Source of the DNA: an uncultured Chthoniobacter sp.
GTDB lineage: Bacteria > Verrucomicrobiota > Verrucomicrobiia > Chthoniobacterales > UBA6821
Assembly (NCBI GenBank): GCA_964469825.1
Contig: CAYYAN010000002.1
Coordinates: forward strand, 1 to 28,786
Direction of reading: 5' to 3'
Length of the DNA: 28,786 nt
Under the pieces are notes generated by a model. That model did no database searches and was not told the origin of the DNA. It worked only from the letters and a program-made list of their open reading frames with translations. Position numbers and translations under genes: made by a program. Shown here piece by piece: positions 15,132 to 24,001 of this stretch (within the stretch, counting starts at the first letter, position 1; each line of letters opens with the position of its first letter).

Positions 15132-16148
15132 ATGCGTTTAACCCGGATATTTCATCACTCTCGTGACGAGAAAGCAGCGAAGGCTGATGGGGCAAGTCTA
15201 ACGCTGCAGCCATCGGACTTCCCGGCTTTCGCAGTAGAGAGGGATGAAAGATCCGGGTTAAGATGGGATTTATTTGCGAAGGGATTAGCAATTATCATTG
15301 GTTGTTTTCTTCTTTCAGGATGCGGGCCAGAGGTTCTCTATTCTAACCTTTCTGAGGCAGATGCGAACACCATGATGGGACTATTGTTAATGCGCAATAT
15401 TCAAGCCGTAAAAATTCCTCAAAAAGAAAATCTCTTTTCTATTTCTGTTCCTCGGCAACAATTTGCTGCTGCAACCGATTTATTAAGATGGTTTGGCATT
15501 CCAGGGGAAAAATTTTCTGGTATTGGAGAGGTCTTTAAAAAAACGGGCATTGTTTCTTCGCCTAGTGAAGAAAAAATTCGATTCATGTATGCTTTAAGTC
15601 AGCAGATTTCTGAAACCTTAAGTCATATTGATGGTGTTTTGGTTGCTCGTGTTTCATTGGTACTTCCAAAAAATGATCCTTACACGGAAACGCTCACACC
15701 TTCTTCCGCGTCCGTCTTTTTAAAGTTTCGTCCAGGCAGGGTTCCTCCTACTTTAACCCCTCAAATCAAGACGCTGGTCATGAAAAGTGTTGAAGGACTT
15801 AATTATGACAACGTGTCTGTCGTGATTATGCAGTCGGAAAATATTGATTACTATTACCCGCTACATGTTGAACAAGATGTCTCAATTTTAGGATTAAAAA
15901 TTGCCAGAAAATCACTTTGGAAATTTTGGATGTTGCTAGGAGCAATCGGTATGATATCAGCTTCATTGGTGCTTGCGATCATTTTTGGAAAACGAATTTA
16001 TCAAGAACTGTTCAAAAAGATATCACCTATTTCTGCTGAGACAGCAGAAGCAACTGCTAGTGCTACTGCTCCAGTACCAACTGTGCCTCCAACAGCAGCA
16101 GTTCCTCCACCTGGTGGACCTACAGGAACTTCGACACCAGCACCATGA
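15132..16148 (+). CDS. sctJ: Inner-membrane ring lipoprotein SctJ carrying a 40-aa in-frame repeat insertion in its signal peptide
   Basis: Lipobox LLSGC, LYSNLSEADAN, SSPSEEKIR..YALSQQISETLSHIDGVLVARV.LVLP, SASVFLK, and a C-terminal TM helix. The start could alternatively be ATG 15105. Confidence 0.95.
   Translation: MRLTRIFHHSRDEKAAKADGASLTLQPSDFPAFAVERDERSGLRWDLFAKGLAIIIGCFLLSGCGPEVLYSNLSEADANTMMGLLLMRNIQAVKIPQKENLFSISVPRQQFAAATDLLRWFGIPGEKFSGIGEVFKKTGIVSSPSEEKIRFMYALSQQISETLSHIDGVLVARVSLVLPKNDPYTETLTPSSASVFLKFRPGRVPPTLTPQIKTLVMKSVEGLNYDNVSVVIMQSENIDYYYPLHVEQDVSILGLKIARKSLWKFWMLLGAIGMISASLVLAIIFGKRIYQELFKKISPISAETAEATASATAPVPTVPPTAAVPPPGGPTGTSTPAP
15138..15261 (-). mobile_element. Internally deleted palindromic MITE (120 nt plus TA duplication) inserted in sctJ
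   Basis: TTAACCCGGATATTTCATC ... GATGAAAGATCCGGGTTAA. It is the reverse complement of the 19321 element minus a 60-nt central segment. Confidence 0.9.
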
Positions 16149-16852
16149 GCATGAATTATAGTCTTTCAACCATGACGACTTCTTTTGATCACGATCTTAT
16201 TCAGAAATGGTTTGCAGGAGGTAACGCTGCTACAGCTTTAGACCAATGGATTTTTTGGAATAATTCACCATCACGGCATGTGCCGTTAGCGACCTTAATA
16301 AAATTTTTTCCGGAAAAATTTCAGCAGATTCTTTCAAAAGATGTTCGAGTGCGTTCTCAAATAGATACCATCTTGCGTTCCAAGTTATCGTGGAATAATC
16401 CTGTTGCTTGGAGGCCAGAAGATCCTTTGTGGGAAATTGCTTTAGTCGCACCTGCTCGTTTGCAACGGCTTGCTTTTTTAGCAGCAGCACTTTCAATGAA
16501 GGAGGTGCTTGCAAAAATTATTGATGGCGCTCTGGTGAGAAAATTACGTCAAGAAATCGGAGAAGACATTATAGAGTTTGTACTTTTGAGTGGCTCGCTT
16601 GCAAAATATTCTTTTGAAGAATTGACAATTGATGCTACCTCGATTGAGGATCCGGTAGCCGCTCTCAAACAGCGAGCGCTATTATTTTTAGAAAATGCTT
16701 TTTCTACAAAAGAAATCGGCGTGCAGCAACGGATTGCAAGTAAGGTTCCAGGCTGTTTTGTGGCTGGTGTTGCGAAAAAAGCTTTGCCTCTTGCGACCAA
16801 GACGGAAAATTTATTTTGTAAACTGTGGAAGGAGACATGTTCATGGCTGTAA
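16145..16852 (+). CDS. sctK: SctK-like sorting platform protein
   Basis: Lies between sctJ and sctL with overlaps on both sides. Segments such as LVAPARLQRLAFLAAA and LVRKLRQEIGEDIIEFVL resemble YscK/OrgA-type proteins. Confidence 0.65.
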   Translation: MSMNYSLSTMTTSFDHDLIQKWFAGGNAATALDQWIFWNNSPSRHVPLATLIKFFPEKFQQILSKDVRVRSQIDTILRSKLSWNNPVAWRPEDPLWEIALVAPARLQRLAFLAAALSMKEVLAKIIDGALVRKLRQEIGEDIIEFVLLSGSLAKYSFEELTIDATSIEDPVAALKQRALLFLENAFSTKEIGVQQRIASKVPGCFVAGVAKKALPLATKTENLFCKLWKETCSWL

Positions 16853-17463
16853 CACTCATTCAATGGGATAAAGAGTTGCCCAATTATTTGAAAAAAGGGC
16901 CGGTCATTCACCAAGAAGAAATGGCTCTTTGCCGAGAAGCTGTCACGCTTTTAGAACAAGCTCGCAAGCAAAGCGCGGAGATTATTACTTCTTCTCAACA
17001 AGAATTTGAGCGACAAAAAAAACTGGGAATGGAGCAGGGCTTGCAGGAGGGACGTAATGCAGCAATTGCGCATCATTTAAAAACAGTCTTGGCCTCTTTG
17101 GACTATTATGAACAGTCTAGAATCCAACTAGTGAAATTAGTAACAAGTTGTTTGCGTCGTCTCATTATGGATTTGCCCCCCGAAGAGCAAATTTATCAGC
17201 TTGTGGGAGCAGCGCTTGATTCTTTTAAACAACAAACACGTCTCGTTTTACAGATCTGTCCTAAAGATCAGGAGGTTGTTGAACATGCTATTGCTAAACT
17301 TCAACCTCGTATGCCCGCTGGTTCTACGATTGAAGTGAGGATGCACGAAGAGCTCAATCCTGGTTCTTGTGTTTTAGAATCTCCATTAGGGCTTGTTGAT
17401 GCTTCTTTAGAGAGTCAGTTGGCTATTTTAGAAAATTCCCTTTTAGTTGCTGCAAAGTCATGA
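16843..17463 (+). CDS. sctL: Stator SctL (YscL/FliH family)
   Basis: [48 protein letters not shown] lies 8 nt before ATG 16843. Confidence 0.9.
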   Translation: MAVTLIQWDKELPNYLKKGPVIHQEEMALCREAVTLLEQARKQSAEIITSSQQEFERQKKLGMEQGLQEGRNAAIAHHLKTVLASLDYYEQSRIQLVKLVTSCLRRLIMDLPPEEQIYQLVGAALDSFKQQTRLVLQICPKDQEVVEHAIAKLQPRMPAGSTIEVRMHEELNPGSCVLESPLGLVDASLESQLAILENSLLVAAKS

Positions 17464-18842
17464 ATGAGTCCAACAAAAATAATGAAGTTCCTTCTATTTT
17501 TTCTGTTCCTAATGGAACTAGTGGAGATGCAGATGGATTTTTAGGTCGCTTGGAATCGATTGCAGTATTAACGCAGCCGAAGCCACTACGAGGACAAATT
17601 ACGGAAGTGGTTGGAATGTTAGTTAAGGCTGTCCTGCCAGGATGTAGAATTGGAGAGCTTTGTGAGCTCAAGCGTCCTGGATATAAAGAAAATCTTGAGG
17701 CAGAAGTACTCGGATTCACTGAAAATTGTGCTTTAATTATGCCGCTTGGAGATTTTACCGGGCTCTCCTTAACCACAGAGGTGATTGCTACCGGAAAAGT
17801 TCATCAAGTTGGTGTAGGTCCAGGAATTTTAGGACGAGTTGTTGATGGATTAGGAAAAATCATGGACCATTCCGGCGAACCGTTTGTTCCTGAAACTTAT
17901 TATAATGTTATTGCTTATCCTCCAGATCCGCTTGAGCGTTCGCTTGTGAAAGATCCACTTTCTTTAGGAGTTCGTAGTATTGATGGACTCTTAACATGTG
18001 GCGAGGGGCAACGGATGGGGATTTTTGCAGCAGCAGGTGGAGGAAAATCAACACTTCTTGCACAAATTGTTAGTAATACTGAAGCTGATGTCATTGTGAT
18101 GGCGCTGATTGGAGAACGTGGTCGTGAAGTCCGGGAGACACTGGAAATGACGTTAACGCCAGAAAGTAGGAAAAAAACCGTGATGGTAGTTTCAACATCA
18201 GATCGACCTGCCTTGGAACGCTTGAAATCAGCTTATGTAGCTACGGCGATTGCTGAGTATTTTCGTGATCAAGGAAAAAAAGTTTTATTAATGATGGATT
18301 CCGTAACGCGTTTTGCTCGGGCACAACGTTTGATTGGATTAGCTACTGGAGAGCCTCCAGCACGAAGAGGATATCCGCCATCTGTTTTTTCTCTGCTTCC
18401 TCAGCTCTTAGAACGAGCAGGCCCAGCTGCTAAGGGATCGATTACTGGATTGTATACAGTCCTTGTGGAGGGCGATGATATGAATGAGCCAGTAGCTGAT
18501 GAGGTGCGGTCTATTTTGGATGGACATATTATTCTTTCTCGTAAACTTGCAGCATCTAATCATTATCCTGCAATCGATGTCTCTGTTTCTGTGAGTCGTG
18601 TGATGTCTCAAATTGTCACGCCAAAACATCGTAATGCAGCAGGAAAATTTCGAGAGCTTTTATCTAAGTATCAGGATGCAGAACTTCTCTTGAAAATTGG
18701 AGAGTATAAAGCAGGAAATGATCCATTGACTGATGAAGCTATTGCGAAAAAAGATAAGATGAATGCTTTTCTTCGCCAGGCAAAAGATGATCGTTCTACT
18801 TTCCAAGAAACGATTGAAAAACTAGAAGCCATTGTGAAATGA
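17460..18842 (+). CDS. sctN: T3SS ATPase SctN
   Basis: [20 protein letters not shown] (Walker A), [54 protein letters not shown]. Confidence 0.98.
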   Translation: MNESNKNNEVPSIFSVPNGTSGDADGFLGRLESIAVLTQPKPLRGQITEVVGMLVKAVLPGCRIGELCELKRPGYKENLEAEVLGFTENCALIMPLGDFTGLSLTTEVIATGKVHQVGVGPGILGRVVDGLGKIMDHSGEPFVPETYYNVIAYPPDPLERSLVKDPLSLGVRSIDGLLTCGEGQRMGIFAAAGGGKSTLLAQIVSNTEADVIVMALIGERGREVRETLEMTLTPESRKKTVMVVSTSDRPALERLKSAYVATAIAEYFRDQGKKVLLMMDSVTRFARAQRLIGLATGEPPARRGYPPSVFSLLPQLLERAGPAAKGSITGLYTVLVEGDDMNEPVADEVRSILDGHIILSRKLAASNHYPAIDVSVSVSRVMSQIVTPKHRNAAGKFRELLSKYQDAELLLKIGEYKAGNDPLTDEAIAKKDKMNAFLRQAKDDRSTFQETIEKLEAIVK

Positions 18843-19324
18843 GTCGCTATCCTCTTGAAGCTATTCGCTCTCTTCGACTTCGTAAGCAGGATGAAGCGGA
18901 ACGTAAGTTGGCCGCTGCTCGTGTTATTGAAGAGCAACAACGCCAAGCGGTCAAAAATGCAGAAAAAGCACTTCGAGATTATTTAGTATGGATGAAAACA
19001 GAAGCGGATCGCCTTTTTTCTACTATTGTTGGAGCTCTTAATCCTATTCATAAGGTGATGGATATCACAAAGCAAATAGAATGGAATCGTAACCACCAGT
19101 CAACCTATGTTGTTGCTGTTGACGAAGCGAAAAAAAAACTTCAAGAAGCCGAAGCAGAGACTGCTGCTTGCCGTCAAGATCAGGAAAAGGCTTATAAGGA
19201 GGTTTGGAAGATCAACCAACATCGAGACATGTGGTTGCATGAAGCGGCTCTTCAAGAAGAGCGAGACGAGGAAGCAGAGCTAGAAGAAGTTGCAGCAACT
19301 ATTTTTGCTATGCATGATCATTAA
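18839..19324 (+). CDS. sctO: Stalk protein SctO (YscO/FliJ-like)
   Basis: [21 protein letters not shown], a coiled coil, and C-terminal [11 protein letters not shown]. Coupled to sctN by an ATGA overlap. Confidence 0.85.
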   Translation: MSRYPLEAIRSLRLRKQDEAERKLAAARVIEEQQRQAVKNAEKALRDYLVWMKTEADRLFSTIVGALNPIHKVMDITKQIEWNRNHQSTYVVAVDEAKKKLQEAEAETAACRQDQEKAYKEVWKINQHRDMWLHEAALQEERDEEAELEEVAATIFAMHDH

Positions 19325-19504
19325 CCCGGATATTTCATCCCTCTCTACTGCGAAAGCCGGGAAGTCCGATGGATGCTCCGTTAGACTTGAATTTTGATCA
19401 GGACAGTATGTACTCATACAGCCCTGATCAAAATCCTTCGTCTGCCTTACCCCATCAGCCTTCGCGACTTTCTCGTCACGAAAGTGATGGAATATTCGGG
19501 TTAA
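19321..19504 (+). mobile_element. Full-length palindromic MITE (180 nt per insertion)
   Basis: TTAACCCGGATATTTCATC...GATGGAATATTCGGGTTAA, with an internal 11-bp inverted repeat TTTTGATCAGG/CCTGATCAAAA. It differs from the 27560 copy at 4 positions. Confidence 0.92.
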
Positions 19505-19673
19505 GAATCTGTATTCATGCTCTACTGCAGCTTCAAAATATTGCGTTGAGCCGGCACTCGACTCATCGAGTTTTTTCATGTAGGCTCTAGCCCGGATGAA
19601 ATATCCGGGCTAGATCTGTGTGCCGTCACTTCTTGTCTTTCATTAGACGTACCGGCGATGAATACAGGTTCTA
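19505..19673. mobile_element. Second MITE-like element containing a nested mini-element
   Basis: Terminal inverted repeat GAATCTGTATTCAT / ATGAATACAGGTTC followed by TA. It contains the perfect-stem palindrome CTAGCCCGGAT-GAAAT-ATCCGGGCTAG (19587-19613). Confidence 0.6.
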
Positions 19674-19712
19674 AGATCTTCTGATGTTTCTATCCAAATC
19701 CATAAAAAGATC

Positions 19713-21239
19713 ATGACTGTTACGAAAGCAATTCCTGTTGTTAAACCACCTTCTTTGCTGGATCAAAAGTCGGCGCTTTCTCGTCTTAGTAAGAGAGAAT
19801 TAGAGGAAGTTCATATGGCTTCTACTCATTATCCTCAACAACAGGATGCTTGCGAACATTCTTCTAAAAAATCAGCTTTTCAACAATCAGCAAGCGCTAC
19901 ACTGAACGATAGCGCTAAAGACGTAGATCAAACTAAACATCAAATTGATCATGATCCGGATGATCTTCTGTCAGCTTTTCAACCTTATTGTCTTTCTGCT
20001 TTATCGAAGGATGATGCCTCAACTGTTCCAACAACGACAATAGCACTTGCTTCTTCAAAAGAGAGTAGTTCTGTAGAAGCTCCTAATAGTGACGCTCTCT
20101 TTGATTCTACTGAAAAGACAATTAATGGTATTTCTGCCGATTTATTAAATAAACAAAAAATAGGGAATGAAGAGACTCCCTATTTAGAAAGCAATGCAAT
20201 CACTCCTGATGAAAATCAATATGATGGTTCAACTGTTCCAACAACGACAATAGCACTTGCTTCTTCAAAAGAGAGTAGTTCTGTAGAAGCTCCTAATAGT
20301 GACGCTCTCTTTGATTCTACTGAAAAGACAATTAATGGTATTTCTGCCGATTTATTAAATAAACAAAAAATAGGGAATGAAGAGACTCCCTATTTAGAAA
20401 GCAATGCAATCACTCCTGATGAAAATCAACTTTCTACCAGCGAAATGAATCCTCTTAAAAAGAAGGGAACTCTATTAAGTGGTCTTGGAGCAGTGCCTTC
20501 GAGTTTGTTGCCAGCTTTGAACAAAGAAACAATAACGGATGATACGATTCCGATATTGGTAGAAGGTCAAAAAGGTATCAGCAACTTGGAAAAAACGCTT
20601 CCCTTTTCTATACCGCTTCAAGAGTCATTATTTGATAGCGGTGAAATCGCAAGCAGTCTTGATCTTAAAGAGCCATTAGAAGATGTCAGTTCTGATGATG
20701 AGACGCATGAAGCAACTCATAAAATGGCAGAAGGTGAAGAAAATAATGCAATGATAGTGAAGCCTGCTATTGCGCGTGCTGAGGTTGCTCCTGTAACTGG
20801 TTCTTTGAATTCTTCTGGTGCTGACCTTTCAGAATCAGTCGCTGCGGCTTTACGAGTAACACATCTCTTAGATGAATTAACAGCAGCAGTCAGCCGTCTT
20901 CATTTAGATAGTAGTGATGGCAAAGAAATGACCATTCAATTACGAAGGGATATTCTTCCAGAGACAAATGTTCATATTATTTCTACAGGAAAGCAAATGG
21001 AGGTTTCTTTTTTAACAAAGAATGCTACTAGTAATCTTCTCCTCAATACGCATTTAACAACATTACAAAATCACCTTAATGCTCTTTGTCCTGGGCAAGT
21101 GGTCAATCTTCAAGCGCAGCTAATACGTTCTACTGGTAACTCTCAGACGGGAAGTGAGCAAGATCGTTCTCGTGATGATCTTGCAAGTTTTGATCAGGGT
21201 AATCGCGAAAATTCTAACAATGACAACGATACCTTATAA
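19713..21239 (+). CDS. sctP: Needle length ruler SctP (YscP/FliK-like) with 70-aa tandem duplication
   Basis: Lies between sctO and sctQ. It has a disordered acidic S/T-rich body and a C-terminal T3S4-like domain (EMTIQLRRDILPETNVHII..MEVSFLT..LL..HL..LQNHL). Confidence 0.8.
   Translation: MTVTKAIPVVKPPSLLDQKSALSRLSKRELEEVHMASTHYPQQQDACEHSSKKSAFQQSASATLNDSAKDVDQTKHQIDHDPDDLLSAFQPYCLSALSKDDASTVPTTTIALASSKESSSVEAPNSDALFDSTEKTINGISADLLNKQKIGNEETPYLESNAITPDENQYDGSTVPTTTIALASSKESSSVEAPNSDALFDSTEKTINGISADLLNKQKIGNEETPYLESNAITPDENQLSTSEMNPLKKKGTLLSGLGAVPSSLLPALNKETITDDTIPILVEGQKGISNLEKTLPFSIPLQESLFDSGEIASSLDLKEPLEDVSSDDETHEATHKMAEGEENNAMIVKPAIARAEVAPVTGSLNSSGADLSESVAAALRVTHLLDELTAAVSRLHLDSSDGKEMTIQLRRDILPETNVHIISTGKQMEVSFLTKNATSNLLLNTHLTTLQNHLNALCPGQVVNLQAQLIRSTGNSQTGSEQDRSRDDLASFDQGNRENSNNDNDTL
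20011..20429 (+). repeat. Tandem duplication with 210-nt period inside sctP
   Basis: 20019-20219 is identical to 20229-20429, with ATGATG at both junctions (20011 and 20221). Confidence 0.95.
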
Positions 21240-22275
21240 ACCTCATGAGATTTCCAAAATAGATGCAGCTATTTTTAGAGAACTCATTTTTTCAAAAAGA
21301 TCGCTAGCAGTTTTCCCAAAAAATCCTTCAAAGAAAATACATTTTTTTGAAGCAAGTTCTTTTCCTGTTATTGAGAAAAGTGTTTCTTTCGCGTTCCAAG
21401 TTGGACAACAAAAAGTAGACTTAACTTTAGAGTTAAAACCAGGGACGCCTCTTGTTGAGCGCCTGAATGAAGTCGGTGGCATCGAATCATTGCCAGAGGA
21501 GTTTCGAGTGGCTTTAATGACTTTTGCGAGTCAAGAGATTATAGATGCCTTAGAGCATCTTTTTCAGCTTCCTGTAATGGCGTGGGATACGACTAAGAAA
21601 CAAGAAGAGGAAGGGGAAAGGAAAGATCTCTATTTTGAAGTTCTTAATGCTAATGGAGTCTCTGAAGCACGTGCTAGAATGACTCTTGGTGTGCCTTTGT
21701 TAGAGCGCGTTCTTGCTGTTGCACAACAAGCACCTATGATCAAAGAGAACTCCTTATCTGGAGAATTTCTTCAGGGAGAGATTCTCATCGGAAAAGCAAT
21801 CTTATCTCTTGAAGATTGGAAAAATTTAGTTCCAGGAGACCTGATTGTTATTGAAGAACCATCTGCATTAGCGACAGGACAAGGGCGATGCTTGATTCAA
21901 AAAAGTGGAGTTATTCCCATGATTCTCCAGGCAGATCTCTTTAAAACATTGATTCTCCCTTTAGAGAAAATGCCGTTACTATTGCAGCGGAACCCCAGCG
22001 AAGCAGGGGGCGCATCTCACGAAGTTGAAGAAAAAAATGAAGAAAAAACAACAGAGCTCTCAACATCACTTCCAATAACACTTGAACTAAACTTTAGCGC
22101 CGGTCTACTCTCATTAACAGTTGAAGAAGTTCTTCAACTTATAAAAACTAAATCCATTCAAAAATCATTTCAGGTTTCAAGACCCTTAAAAATTTTTATT
22201 CAAGAACGCGTTGTTGGTGCTGGAGAACTTGTTGAAATCAACGGGCGCTATGCATTAGCTATTACGCAACTTTAA
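21220..22275 (+). CDS. sctQ: C-ring protein SctQ
   Basis: Two SpoA-like segments (GEILIGKAILSLEDWKNLVPGDLIVI and LELNFSAG..TVEEV..GAGELVEINGRYALAITQL), directly before sctR. ATG 21220 overlaps the end of sctP. Confidence 0.85.
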   Translation: MTTIPYKPHEISKIDAAIFRELIFSKRSLAVFPKNPSKKIHFFEASSFPVIEKSVSFAFQVGQQKVDLTLELKPGTPLVERLNEVGGIESLPEEFRVALMTFASQEIIDALEHLFQLPVMAWDTTKKQEEEGERKDLYFEVLNANGVSEARARMTLGVPLLERVLAVAQQAPMIKENSLSGEFLQGEILIGKAILSLEDWKNLVPGDLIVIEEPSALATGQGRCLIQKSGVIPMILQADLFKTLILPLEKMPLLLQRNPSEAGGASHEVEEKNEEKTTELSTSLPITLELNFSAGLLSLTVEEVLQLIKTKSIQKSFQVSRPLKIFIQERVVGAGELVEINGRYALAITQL

Positions 22276-22279
22276 TTGT

Positions 22280-22939
22280 ATGCATATTAATACCGGAAAT
22301 CCACTCGAGCTTATCCTCGTGTTAATGGGAGTTGCACTACTTCCTTTTGTTGTCGTGTTGATGACATCCTTTACGAAGGTCATCGTGATTTTTAGTTTGG
22401 TTAGAACAGGACTAGGCTTGCAGTCAAGCCCTCCTAATATTGTTCTTAACGGATTAGCACTGATTTTAGCTTTTTATGTTATGTTTCCAGTGCTCTCTGA
22501 CACTTATCAATTAGCTGAAAAAGTTAATATACAAAATGTGACGCTCTCAACGATCGTCCCTGTCATGAATGCCATTAAAGAACCAATTCAGACATTTCTG
22601 AACAATAACACGAGGGCGTCGACGCAAAAGTTTTTTGTCGTCACGGCTAAGCGTATTTGGCCTCCGAAATATGGAAGTACCGTTTCAAAAACAGATTTTA
22701 TTATTTTAATTCCTTCTTTTCTTGTTTCGGAATTAACAGCGGCTTTTCAGATAGGATTTATTCTTTACTTGCCTTTTATCATCATTGATCTCGTTATCTC
22801 TAATATTTTAATGGCTCTTGGAATGATGATGCTTTCTCCAACAACGATCTCTCTTCCTTTCAAGCTTCTTCTGTTTTGCTTTGTTGATGGATGGACGCGA
22901 CTAATGGATGGTCTCATCATGACATATCGTATTTCTTAA
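22280..22939 (+). CDS. sctR: Export apparatus SctR
   Basis: LLPF..VLMTSFTK..IVFSLVRTGLGLQSSPPN, LIPSF..SEL..AFQIGFILYLPFIIIDLVISNILMALGMMMLSP.TISLPFKLLLF..DGW. Confidence 0.97.
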   Translation: MHINTGNPLELILVLMGVALLPFVVVLMTSFTKVIVIFSLVRTGLGLQSSPPNIVLNGLALILAFYVMFPVLSDTYQLAEKVNIQNVTLSTIVPVMNAIKEPIQTFLNNNTRASTQKFFVVTAKRIWPPKYGSTVSKTDFIILIPSFLVSELTAAFQIGFILYLPFIIIDLVISNILMALGMMMLSPTTISLPFKLLLFCFVDGWTRLMDGLIMTYRIS

Positions 22940-22947
22940 ATTACCTC

Positions 22948-23217
22948 ATGACTCAAGATACCTCTGTTAATCTCGTTTCTCAGGCGATGCTATTGGTTTT
23001 GACGTCATCGCTGCCTCCCATTGTTGTTGCAACAGCTGATGGGTTGATCGTTGCTTTATTTCAAGCGCTCACACAAATTCAAGATCAGACCCTGCCGTTT
23101 GCTGTTAAAATTATTGCAACCTTTTTAGTTATTGTTTACGCCATGAATTATGTTTTTGGAGATCTTTTGAATTTTACGATTATTGCCTTCCGTGATTTCC
23201 CTCATATGGTTCAGTAA
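22948..23217 (+). CDS. sctS: Export apparatus SctS
   Basis: SLPPIVVA..GLIVALFQALTQIQDQTLPFAVK. ATG at 22948. Confidence 0.95.
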   Translation: MTQDTSVNLVSQAMLLVLTSSLPPIVVATADGLIVALFQALTQIQDQTLPFAVKIIATFLVIVYAMNYVFGDLLNFTIIAFRDFPHMVQ

Positions 23218-23218
23218 T

Positions 23219-23998
23219 ATGGAAGAGCTTACAAAATATTTCGTAGAAATTCCGCTGATCCTTGGTCTGGGGTCAGCCCGAGTGGGGATTGTTTTAACAA
23301 TTGCTCCCATCTTTTTAATTAGCGGAATGCCGCGGCAAGCCCTCATGGTTGCAGTAGTGGGGGTTGTTGTCCCCATGATCCTCCCAACGTTACCGCAAGG
23401 AAATTTTAATCCAACTTATATTTTGGTTTTAGTTCTCAAAGAACTTTTCATTGGTGTGCTCATTGCCTATTTTATTTCTGTTATTTTTTGGGGTCTTGAA
23501 ATAGCTGGCGAGTTAATCGATTTGCAGCGAGGAACAACTGCAGGAGGTATTTTTAACCCAATGCTTGGAGCTCAAGAATCGCCTATGGGAGGCTTGTTTT
23601 TGCGTTTGGCAGGTTACGTGTTTTTTTCCATTGGTGGTTTTGTTTCCTTGTTGGGAGTGCTTTTTGCGAGCTATCAAGTCTATCCTATTGGCGATTTTCT
23701 CCCGCCATTTTTAGTTGGTTGGCAAAATCATATTTTTCCATTTTTAACAGATGTCTTCCAACTAGGCATTATTTATGCATCTCCGTTGCTTATTATCTTT
23801 TTTTTCATGGACTTTGGATTGGGGTTAATGAATCGCTTTGTCTCGCAGTTGAATGTTTTCTTTCTTTCTCTTCCCATTAAAAGTGGTATCTGTTTTGTGT
23901 TTTTAACGTACTACATGAATTATGTTATGGAGGGGTTTAAAAAAGACCTTTTTACAGAATCTGGGGTAGCTATTTTTTTAAAAACAATTTTCAAGTAA
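23219..23998 (+). CDS. sctT: Export apparatus SctT
   Basis: VLKELFIGVLI, AGELIDLQRG, YASP..I..F.MDFGLGLMNRF..QLNVF.LSLPIKS. ATG at 23219. Confidence 0.95.
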   Translation: MEELTKYFVEIPLILGLGSARVGIVLTIAPIFLISGMPRQALMVAVVGVVVPMILPTLPQGNFNPTYILVLVLKELFIGVLIAYFISVIFWGLEIAGELIDLQRGTTAGGIFNPMLGAQESPMGGLFLRLAGYVFFSIGGFVSLLGVLFASYQVYPIGDFLPPFLVGWQNHIFPFLTDVFQLGIIYASPLLIIFFFMDFGLGLMNRFVSQLNVFFLSLPIKSGICFVFLTYYMNYVMEGFKKDLFTESGVAIFLKTIFK

Positions 23999-24001
23999 TT
24001 T

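Noticed and set aside
19280..19590. ORFs 19280-19579 (-), 19369-19590 (+) and 27527-27763 (+)
   Set aside because: They are read-throughs of the stop-free MITE, not independent genes.
15039..23218. Longer ORF-track starts for sctJ (15039), sctL (16825), sctQ (21154), sctS (22891) and sctT (23183)
   Set aside because: They overlap neighbouring genes extensively. Downstream ATGs give family-typical N-termini and tight coupling.
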